Shown here: positions 25,741 to 32,923 of the stretch, one piece after another
How positions within the stretch are numbered: position 1 is the first letter of the stretch
Layout of the letters: each line of letters begins with the position of its first letter
Program-made: the position numbers and the translations under genes
Assembly: GCA_947460255.1 (NCBI GenBank)
Contig: CANHIS010000002.1
Span: 19,625 to 83,624, forward strand
Reading direction: 5' to 3'
DNA: 64,000 nucleotides
DNA from: Bacteroidota bacterium
GTDB taxonomy: Bacteria; Bacteroidota; Bacteroidia; M30B66
Notes under the pieces: generated by a model
Database searches by the model: none
Told to the model about the DNA's origin: nothing
The model's input: the letters and a program-made list of their open reading frames with translations, nothing else

Positions 25741-27123
25741 TTATTTCGTATTCTCCTTCGAAACCCTGCGCATATTGTTCATCTTATCGCGCATTTGCTG
25801 AGCGCTCGATGAAATGGTGTTAGGTGCGATTTCATCCTCTTTTTTGGTGGCTTTCAAATTGTTCATTCGCTGCGCTGAAGAGGCTTGTTCGTTTGCATTT
25901 TGCTGCATCGCTTGTCGGTTTCTTTCTAAGGAAACAGCATCCACTTGAAGCGCTTCTTCATTACGCAAACTGTAAAGTGCAAAGGGATTGTACTGATTGA
26001 AATATTCAGTTGATAGCCAAGTTGCTGAACGCATCTTAGAAGATATTTTCACTTCATCGATAATGCCAGTAAATCCCGAATTTTCGGTAAACTTTTCCTT
26101 CCCAATCAGCATTGGCGACGAGGTTGGTGCTGGCGCATCTTTGGTAAGTAAAATCCTGTCGCTAATCCCATTTACAAAGGTTTGCAATTTTCCTGCGGAC
26201 AAAGAATACACCACAGCTACGTGTTGCCATTTGTCCACATCGAGCTTTTCGGCACCACCAATGTTATCAAGATTTATCGTTTTCCCCGAGGAAGTAACAA
26301 AGGATGCGTTGAGGTTTCCTTGCCTATCCACATAAAGGCTGTAGCCGCCCGGAACATCACCATGATTGCCAATAATTACTTGAGGTCTTCCAACTTGCTC
26401 AAGAAATATCCAAGCAGAAATGGTGTATTCATTTCTCAAGTTTAGATCCTCGTAAAATGGATATTCAGCAAAATCACCATTGTCGTTGTTAAATCTTTTG
26501 CCTCCTGAAATCTTTCCTTCTGCATCAGTCGTTCCCACTTGTGTGGCGCGCAATTTCTTCACACCGTTGCCCGTAAAATCTTTATTTAAGTGCCAAGTAG
26601 ATACAAATTTATCGGTCCACACCAAATTGGCGGGTTCCGATTGCAATGCCGCATTCGAATAATATAGCATCATTTCTGGGGCTTTTCCGCTGATAAGCGA
26701 ATCGGCAAGAACCCAGATATTGCATTCTCCAGTGGTTGGATTGTACGATTCGATGGAGGAGGGGAGAAGCGAAATGCCATCTTTTTTGGTGATACGAATG
26801 TCGAATCCTCGTTTGTGCGCCACTTTTCCACCCGATGAAATGTGTTTCAGGTCTTTGTCTTTAAAACTCAACAGCAACGGAAAATTGAGCAGCAGCTCGT
26901 TTCCTCGATTGATTGACCCATTAAATTCAATTGGTTTTCTGTAGCCAAAACCTGGCAATTGTGTTTCGCGACCCGCAATGCTATCAGTTGATCGCCCTAA
27001 ATTGTAATACAAGAAAAAGCCTGTGGCCACCAAAACAGCAAACGCCGCACCCACAGTAATTAACCGCATGGATGTGCGAACGGTAACTTTGTTTTTAGGC
27101 TTTAATTGTAACCTTGGTTTCAT
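25741..27123 (-). CDS. cassette 1 large protein L1: N-terminal basic/TM segment + DUF2341 + LamG (Laminin_G_3), lacking the Ig-like domain and T9SS sorting domain
   Basis: DUF2341-like block YRKPIEFNGS...FPLLLSFKDKDLKHISSGGKV...GFDIRITKKDGISLLPSSIESYNPTTGECNIWV...MMLYYSN. LamG block YTISAWIFLE...WQHVAVVYSLSAGKLQTFVNG...FTGIIDEVKISSKMRSATWLSTEYFNQ. It ends in a Q/N/M/K-rich tail. Confidence 0.85.
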   Translation of the reverse strand: MKPRLQLKPKNKVTVRTSMRLITVGAAFAVLVATGFFLYYNLGRSTDSIAGRETQLPGFGYRKPIEFNGSINRGNELLLNFPLLLSFKDKDLKHISSGGKVAHKRGFDIRITKKDGISLLPSSIESYNPTTGECNIWVLADSLISGKAPEMMLYYSNAALQSEPANLVWTDKFVSTWHLNKDFTGNGVKKLRATQVGTTDAEGKISGGKRFNNDNGDFAEYPFYEDLNLRNEYTISAWIFLEQVGRPQVIIGNHGDVPGGYSLYVDRQGNLNASFVTSSGKTINLDNIGGAEKLDVDKWQHVAVVYSLSAGKLQTFVNGISDRILLTKDAPAPTSSPMLIGKEKFTENSGFTGIIDEVKISSKMRSATWLSTEYFNQYNPFALYSLRNEEALQVDAVSLERNRQAMQQNANEQASSAQRMNNLKATKKEDEIAPNTISSSAQQMRDKMNNMRRVSKENTK

Positions 27124-27169
27124 AGGCTTAATTCATCTTTACGGTATTTTCAAATCAAGGTTCTAATCA

Positions 27170-27227
27170 CGAAACCTTTTCGCTGGCTAGACTTGCAGCG
27201 TCGGTAACCAGTAGCGAAAAGGTTTCG
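27170..27227 (-). other. 15-bp perfect stem-loop in the S1-L1 intergenic spacer
   Basis: CGAAACCTTTTCGCT (27170-27184) pairs with AGCGAAAAGGTTTCG (27213-27227) around a 28-nt loop. No U-run follows on the minus strand. Confidence 0.5.
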
Positions 27228-27239
27228 ATTAGAAGATTT

Positions 27240-27737
27240 TTACTTTTCTGTTTCAACCAATGCGCTGTTCGATGGATTGGATGTATTCACAACATCTGTT
27301 CTAACACGAACCACGTCCGAATAGGTATAGGTTTGGTCTGTTCCCACCGACATTAATCGGTAGTAATTCACACCGCTAATCGGTTCTTCATCAATAAAAG
27401 AGTAGAACAGATTTACACAAAGTGGCGAACCAACCCGGTCTTTAAAACCAAGTGCCTGAAAGTCGACACCATCTGCCGAACGCTCAACAATGAAAATCCC
27501 GTCCTTTTCGTCGTTCGATGCCAGCCAACGGATGTATGTTTTTCCTTGGTTGAAAACCGGCGAGAAGGATGAAATTGCATTATAAGGATCCTGCTGAAGT
27601 GATGCTGAACCTGTTAGGCCAGCGCCCATTTTTTGTGTTTGTGCATGAACGTTGCCGCCCGTAAGAAATGCTACAGCTATCATAAAGATACCTGCAAATG
27701 TGTTTTTGAAGTTAGAATTTTGACGCTGCGTTTTCAT
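27240..27737 (-). CDS. cassette 1 small protein S1: signal peptide + single Ig/FN3-like domain
   Basis: 165 aa with a signal peptide ending VHAQ. Core FSPVFNQGKTYIRWLASNDEKDGIFIVERSADGVDFQALGFKDRVG...NYYRLMSVGTDQTYTYSDVVRV. I hand-counted 63/90 identities to S2 over this core. Confidence 0.85.
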   Translation of the reverse strand: MKTQRQNSNFKNTFAGIFMIAVAFLTGGNVHAQTQKMGAGLTGSASLQQDPYNAISSFSPVFNQGKTYIRWLASNDEKDGIFIVERSADGVDFQALGFKDRVGSPLCVNLFYSFIDEEPISGVNYYRLMSVGTDQTYTYSDVVRVRTDVVNTSNPSNSALVETEK

Positions 27738-27767
27738 AAGAATGAGTTGTATCAGTTGTGTAATTCA

Positions 27768-27835
27768 GTTACGTAAAGCTAGGCTGGTGGTTCGCTGCGC
27801 GCTGTCCGCATACGCACGAACGATTACTTGTGTAA
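27768..27835 (-). promoter_or_regulatory. conserved promoter-like block with upstream palindrome, cassette 1
   Basis: Minus strand reads TTACACAAGTAA (27835-27824), 30 nt, GAACC (27793-27789), 7 nt, TAGCTTTA (27781-27774), CGTAAC (27773-27768), 30 nt, ATG. The same layout occurs upstream of S2 and S3. Confidence 0.4.
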
Positions 27836-28023
27836 GAATTCTGATGGATGTGAAACTCTTCAAGTTTTAATCATTTTGAAATCCGTGTAAATACTCATGA
27901 AATCGATTTTACGGTTGTTGCTTTCTTGAATCAAGTCTTGTAAGAATTATCGTTGCCACGATTTATACAATCGGGATTCTGCCAAACCAATGCAATCGCT
28001 TCTTCAATAGGTGTTTTTCTCAA

Positions 28024-28052
28024 CAAAAAAACCCTGCAACTGGGCAGGGTCT
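28024..28052 (-). terminator. rho-independent terminator after L2
   Basis: ACCCTGC / GCAGGGT stem (28031-28050). On the minus strand it is followed by a 7-nt U-run (plus-strand A-run 28024-28030). Confidence 0.65.
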
Positions 28053-28076
28053 TTCAAAGTTAAGGTTGGTTTTAGG

Positions 28077-29840
28077 TTATAGTCGTTTGATCAGTTTTAC
28101 CTGACGCTTGTCGTCTTCTTGAGCAACCTGGAAGAAATAAACTCCTGGTTTCAATTGGTTTTCATCTTTGAATTTGAAGTGCTGTTCTTTTTGTTTTTCG
28201 CAAGCCACTTCTTCCTCATGCATCACTTCGCCTTTTAGGTTTAGGATTTTCACTTTCGCCATGCCTTCTTTCGGCACCATGTAGCTTACTTCAAATTCTT
28301 TCACGAATGGATTTGGTGATGCGGTGTTGATCTTCACGCTCAATTCCGATTCTTCTTCCACGTTCACCGGAGTCATCATCGAATATTCTTCGGCTCCTGT
28401 GCTGCTGGTAAGTTTTACGCGGTAGTAGTTCGTACCGATCGCTGGTTTCGAATCTCTGAACTGGTAGCTCAACACCGCGTCGGAGTTTCCCGCGCCAGGC
28501 TTTGTTCCAATGGATTCGAAATTCACGCCATCGTTCGAGCGTTCTACCGTGAACAAATCATTTTCCACTTCATTTACAGTTAACCACTTGAGCTCGACGG
28601 TTTTTCCTTGAACTTCTGCGTCGAACGTGAGCAAGCTCATCGAAATCTGCTGAACAATAGATTCGGTTTTGCCGATAGTCATGAATTGTTGAGGCGTTGC
28701 TTGGTTTGCATATTCTGTCGCAAACCAGCTTGAACTTCGTGCTACGTTTGCAACGTGAACTTCATCCAACAAACCTCCGAAGTAGTAAATCTTGCGGTTC
28801 GGCTCTCTTCCAATTTGAAGCGGATCTGAACTGCCAGCCAAACTGATGTCGGTTTTCATTCCACGGTCGTACTTTCCGTTGATGTAAGTCGCCATCGAAT
28901 CGCCTGAATCTGAGTATACTGCTGATACAAAGTACCATTTGCCTTTTTCGATTTCCAAGCCAGTTTCTTCACCTTTGATGGTTGCTGGAACAGAATTTTC
29001 GTTGCGCACTTCGAATTCAATCTTGCGGTCTTTGCTGATCGATAAACGATATCCACCATTAAAGCCACTTTGGTTCGAAAGGATGGTTTGTTCTTTTTTG
29101 TCGTCTAAACGCACCCATGCAGAAACCGATAATTCTCCTGTAATGTCAACATCTTCAGGTGTATTCAAACAAGGAAATTGTGAAGAATTTTTCTCTGCTG
29201 CCACATACACATCTTTGTCGTCTTTCGGTTTTTGAACTTCAGCAACTTGTGTAGCCCAAGGCGTTTTTGTGCTGAGGTTTCCACGGAGATGCCATACACC
29301 TTTGTAGGTTTTGTTCCATGCATTCTGACTGCTTTCATTGGCCGCATAACGGTTGTTGAAGTACAGAAACATGGGTGCAGTGTTTTTGTAGAGCGAATCG
29401 ATTTTCACCCAAGCAACGAGATTTCCTTTGGCTGGATCGTATTGCTCAATTTCATAGTCGAGTAATGTAATTCCATCGCCTTTCGTGAAACGGAAATCGT
29501 TTCCTTGCTCGCTGAGCACTTTTCCGCCGTGCGAAACCGATTTCAAATCTGGATCTGAAACCGTTACCATGATCGGAAATTTGGCCAATGTTTCCTTTTC
29601 GGGGATCATTGTTGGGTTGATTGAAATCTGCTTTCTGAATTTGTATTCAGCCAGTGTTTCGATACCGTTGTAACGGTTGTTTGCTCTTGATTCGGTAGAA
29701 GTTCCGAGCATATTGTACAGCACAGCTACTGAGAAAACACCAATGGCGAATGCTCCTGCAACGGCTACATATCTGAGTTTGTTCTGAAGTTTAACCTTGG
29801 TTTTTACTTTCGGAACGAGACGGGTAGAACTTTTTTTCAT
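28077..29840 (-). CDS. cassette 2 large protein L2: N-terminal basic/TM segment + DUF2341 + LamG + Ig/FN3-like domain + T9SS type A C-terminal sorting domain
   Basis: DUF2341-like YKFRKQISINP...FPIMVTVSDPDL...GNDFRFTKGDGITLLDYEIEQYDPAKGNLVAWVKIDSL...MFLYFNN. LamG ELSVSAWVRLDD...GKWYFVSAVYSDSGDSMATYINGK...FGGLLDEVHVANVARSSSWFATEYANQ. Ig-like VELKWLTVNEVENDLFTVERSNDGVNFESIG...NYYRVKL. CTD SPNPFVKEFEVSY...LKPGVYFFQV...VKLIKRL. Confidence 0.9.
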   Translation of the reverse strand: MKKSSTRLVPKVKTKVKLQNKLRYVAVAGAFAIGVFSVAVLYNMLGTSTESRANNRYNGIETLAEYKFRKQISINPTMIPEKETLAKFPIMVTVSDPDLKSVSHGGKVLSEQGNDFRFTKGDGITLLDYEIEQYDPAKGNLVAWVKIDSLYKNTAPMFLYFNNRYAANESSQNAWNKTYKGVWHLRGNLSTKTPWATQVAEVQKPKDDKDVYVAAEKNSSQFPCLNTPEDVDITGELSVSAWVRLDDKKEQTILSNQSGFNGGYRLSISKDRKIEFEVRNENSVPATIKGEETGLEIEKGKWYFVSAVYSDSGDSMATYINGKYDRGMKTDISLAGSSDPLQIGREPNRKIYYFGGLLDEVHVANVARSSSWFATEYANQATPQQFMTIGKTESIVQQISMSLLTFDAEVQGKTVELKWLTVNEVENDLFTVERSNDGVNFESIGTKPGAGNSDAVLSYQFRDSKPAIGTNYYRVKLTSSTGAEEYSMMTPVNVEEESELSVKINTASPNPFVKEFEVSYMVPKEGMAKVKILNLKGEVMHEEEVACEKQKEQHFKFKDENQLKPGVYFFQVAQEDDKRQVKLIKRL

Positions 29841-29869
29841 GGGATTGGTCTTTGATCGGATCCTTGCAA

Positions 29870-30355
29870 TTACTTCTTGTCTTGTGTGGCTTCAGGTGCC
29901 GATGCTGCTGATCCGCCTTGAAGCGAACTGCCTGTGTTTTTAACTTTTACTACCGAACTGTATCGGTATGTATTGTCGGCACCAACCTGCATAATTCGGT
30001 ACATATTGTCGCCAGGAAGAGGCTCCTCATCAACAAAAGAATAGAACAGGTTTACCAACAATTGTGTTCCTACACGGTCTTTGAAACCTAATGCTTCGAA
30101 ATCAACGCCATCGGCCGAACGTTCAACTACGAAAACGCCGTCTTTCTTGTCGTTCTTTACCAACCAGCGCACATATGTTTTTCCTTCCATGTAAACTGGA
30201 GAAAATGAAATGAACGTGTTGGCTGTGTCTTGTTTCAATCCGGCTTTTCCAACCATCGCAGAAGCGTTATTGGATGTTTGTGCATTTGCCGCCACAGAAA
30301 ATAGCAGGCAAAGTGCCGAGATGAAAAATGTTTTGGATGTAAATACGCGCTTCAT
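29870..30355 (-). CDS. cassette 2 small protein S2: signal peptide + single Ig/FN3-like domain
   Basis: 161 aa with a signal peptide ending ANAQ. Core FSPVYMEGKTYVRWLVKNDKKDGVFVVERSADGVDFEALGFKDRVG...MYRIMQVGADNTYRYSSVVKV. Confidence 0.85.
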   Translation of the reverse strand: MKRVFTSKTFFISALCLLFSVAANAQTSNNASAMVGKAGLKQDTANTFISFSPVYMEGKTYVRWLVKNDKKDGVFVVERSADGVDFEALGFKDRVGTQLLVNLFYSFVDEEPLPGDNMYRIMQVGADNTYRYSSVVKVKNTGSSLQGGSAASAPEATQDKK

Positions 30356-30384
30356 ATTGAGGTGTGTTAAGGTTCTTGATTGTT

Positions 30385-30453
30385 GTTACGTCAAAAGTAT
30401 TTGTGCGGTTTGTCTGCTTTTGTTTTGCTTTTTCTGATGAATTACAGATGTAA
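30385..30453 (-). promoter_or_regulatory. conserved promoter-like block with upstream palindrome, cassette 2
   Basis: Minus strand reads TTACATCTGTAA (30453-30442), 30 nt, AAACC (30411-30407), 7 nt, TACTTTTG (30399-30392, a perfect TAnnTTTG), A, CGTAAC (30390-30385), 29 nt, ATG. Confidence 0.45.
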
Positions 30454-30594
30454 GTTTTTGGTTTTTTGGTTGAACTTCTGAAAATCGATTTCGCTACGTA
30501 AATGGTCGATACAGACGTTTTATTTTCTTTTTTTGATGTTGATTGATTTGTAAGTTTTTGTGTTTTCGCTGAAAGTTGTACCGATTTTTAACCG

Positions 30595-32361
30595 TTACAG
30601 TCGTTTGATGAGTTTCACTGTTTTTTGCTCCTCATCTTGTGTTAGGCTGAGGAAGTAAATTCCAGGCAACAATTTCTCGCTGTCTTTGAACTGAAACACG
30701 TTTTCGATACCCATTTCTGGCTTTAACGATTCTCTGTAAACCACTTTCCCGCTAATGCTGGTAAGCTTCACTTCCATGTTGGCTTCGCTTTGACTGCCGT
30801 AGCTCACCGAGAAATTCTGCGAAAATGGATTCGGCTCTACCTTATTAATATTTAGTGCAGTTGGAGGTGCATCGTAACGAACACTTACCACGTTCGATAC
30901 TGCGCTTTCCTTGCGAAAACTTGTGTATCTCAATCTGTAATAAGCATTTCCGTAAACTGGTGCTGGATCCTGAATCATATAGTTCTTTGGATGATCCGAA
31001 TTCCCGTTTCCAAATTTGCTAGCTACTTTGTTAAAGGTTTGGCCATCCGACGAACGCTCTAATGTGAAATAATCCAAATTCGATTCATACGATGTGGTCC
31101 AATTAACAGCCACATGCGAACCATTTACTACGGCTTCGAATTTATCGATCGATGCCAAGGTTGGAGAAGCGCTAAACACTTCCTCACCGTCCATCGAAAT
31201 TAGCTGCTCAGGTTCACTTTCGATATTCCATGAGTTCTTGATTTGGTCGGCCGATAAACTGATTCCCGACACCCGAAGCTCATCCAACAAGCCATTGAAA
31301 AATCCTGATTTCACATCCGCATCAGAGCCTAAAACTACCCAGCTTCCTTTGCCGTAATACGTTCCAACCACTGCACTTCGATCAGCTTCACCGTTAACAT
31401 AGGTAGTGATCGATTTTGTTGCCGACGAGTATGTTGCTGCTACTTGATACCATTGGTCTTTTTCTAAAATGATTCCACCTGTTGCAGCTGCATTTGAGGC
31501 TATTTTTCCATTCGAACCAATAACATCAAAGGTGAGTTTCTGGTTTTTGTCGAGATACAGTTTGCTGCCTCCTGTGGTTGATTGGTTGCAGAATATGGTT
31601 TGGTGGTTTTCACTTCCGCGGCTGCGGATCCAAGCCGAAACAGTGATGTCCTTATCAAATAACATCGATGTGCCCGGTTCAAAAACTGCCGATCCTTTTT
31701 CAACCGCTAGGAAATCTTTAGCGCCTGCGAATCTTCCCTCATCATCCTTGATGCCTTTGTATTCGCCCGAAACAGGCGTTGTTCCTTGAACATTAAAGTT
31801 GCCATTAAAATTCCAAATGGCCGCAAAAGCAGTTTTGGGCTCTTCGCGTTTTACCAGTGCAGCTGTCTTGTTGCCATAGTACATGTAAAAACACTGATCA
31901 GTCGATTTTACTGAACTGTTCGGATACACCCAAGCCAATAACTTTCCAATACTTGGGTCGAATCGCTCAATACTAAATGGAAGCATTGTTTCGCCATCTG
32001 CTGCTGTGATAAAAATATCGTTCCCTTCGCGATCGGTTATTTTTCCACCATGATCGGTTAAGCGTAAATCGTCGTGGCGAACGGAAACTAGCATCGGACA
32101 AACACTGTCGATTCCAGATGTTAAGTTTTGTCGATTAATGGAGATTTTACTTCTCCCTGCAAATCCATCGAGGATTTTGCGACCGGGCGTGGTTTCTTCG
32201 ATGGCCTTTTGGGCGCGTGCCGAAGTTACTTTTCCGATAAATGTGTATAGAAACCACACACCCGAAAGCAATGCCGTGATTGTTAATGCTCCTGCTGCCA
32301 ATTGCAATCTTTGGCGCGTGCGGTTCGAAATACGGTTTCTTAAACGTAGACGTTTGCTCAT
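30595..32361 (-). CDS. cassette 3 large protein L3: N-terminal basic/TM segment + DUF2341 + LamG + Ig/FN3-like domain + T9SS type A C-terminal sorting domain
   Basis: 588 aa with the same architecture as L2. Blocks: SKISINRQNL...CPMLVSVRHDDLRLTDHGGKI..GNDIFITAADGETMLPFSIERFDPSIGKLLAWV; ITVSAWIRS...DQWYQVAATYSSATKSITTYVNGE...FNGLLDELRVSGISLSADQIKNSWN; VAVNWTTSYESNLDYFTLERSSDGQTFNKV...AYYRLRY; CTD EPNPFSQNFSVSY...LLPGIYFLSL...VKLIKRL. Confidence 0.9.
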   Translation of the reverse strand: MSKRLRLRNRISNRTRQRLQLAAGALTITALLSGVWFLYTFIGKVTSARAQKAIEETTPGRKILDGFAGRSKISINRQNLTSGIDSVCPMLVSVRHDDLRLTDHGGKITDREGNDIFITAADGETMLPFSIERFDPSIGKLLAWVYPNSSVKSTDQCFYMYYGNKTAALVKREEPKTAFAAIWNFNGNFNVQGTTPVSGEYKGIKDDEGRFAGAKDFLAVEKGSAVFEPGTSMLFDKDITVSAWIRSRGSENHQTIFCNQSTTGGSKLYLDKNQKLTFDVIGSNGKIASNAAATGGIILEKDQWYQVAATYSSATKSITTYVNGEADRSAVVGTYYGKGSWVVLGSDADVKSGFFNGLLDELRVSGISLSADQIKNSWNIESEPEQLISMDGEEVFSASPTLASIDKFEAVVNGSHVAVNWTTSYESNLDYFTLERSSDGQTFNKVASKFGNGNSDHPKNYMIQDPAPVYGNAYYRLRYTSFRKESAVSNVVSVRYDAPPTALNINKVEPNPFSQNFSVSYGSQSEANMEVKLTSISGKVVYRESLKPEMGIENVFQFKDSEKLLPGIYFLSLTQDEEQKTVKLIKRL

Positions 32362-32397
32362 AAGCGGTTTGGAAGATGTGATGATTGAAAAACCGGC

Positions 32398-32901
32398 TTA
32401 TTTGCCTTTTTCCTGTCCACTTGCGCTACCGCCAGTGGTTTGTGCTGCAGCCGTTTTAACACGCACTACATCTGAGTAATTGAAAGTGTGGTCGTTGCCT
32501 ACTTGCATGATCCGATAATGCGCCATTCCTGCAGGTGGATTTTCATCTACCCACGAATAAAATAGCTTCACACTTTTATCGGTGCCTACTCGGTCTTTAA
32601 ATGCAAGTGCTTCAAATGCATCACCATCGTCAGATCGCTCAACAATAAAAACTCCGTCTTTCTTGTCGTTCTCCACTAACCAACGCAGATAGGTTTTCCC
32701 TTCTACATAAACAGGAGAAAAGGAAACGAAATTATCAACCGAATCTTTCGCTAATGGTTTTGCCTCCGAAGGCGCTGCAACTTTTAGCGTTTGCTTAGGC
32801 GTTTGTGCATTCGCAGCACTTGCGCAAAGTAAAAGTCCGCAAACCAATGTGAGCCGGCGAAGTGGTTGATTAAATACATGAATAATGTCGAGGTTTCTCA
32901 T
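32398..32901 (-). CDS. cassette 3 small protein S3: signal peptide + single Ig/FN3-like domain
   Basis: Core FSPVYVEGKTYLRWLVENDKKDGVFIVERSDDGDAFEALAFKDRVG...HYRIMQVGNDHTFNYSDVVRV. The start is chosen at ATG 32901 (MRNLDIIHVFNQPLRRLTLVCGLLLCASAANAQ), because the track start at 32976 would run through the conserved promoter block. Confidence 0.8.
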   Translation of the reverse strand: MRNLDIIHVFNQPLRRLTLVCGLLLCASAANAQTPKQTLKVAAPSEAKPLAKDSVDNFVSFSPVYVEGKTYLRWLVENDKKDGVFIVERSDDGDAFEALAFKDRVGTDKSVKLFYSWVDENPPAGMAHYRIMQVGNDHTFNYSDVVRVKTAAAQTTGGSASGQEKGK

Positions 32902-32923
32902 AACCGTGATCTTTTGTGTGATC

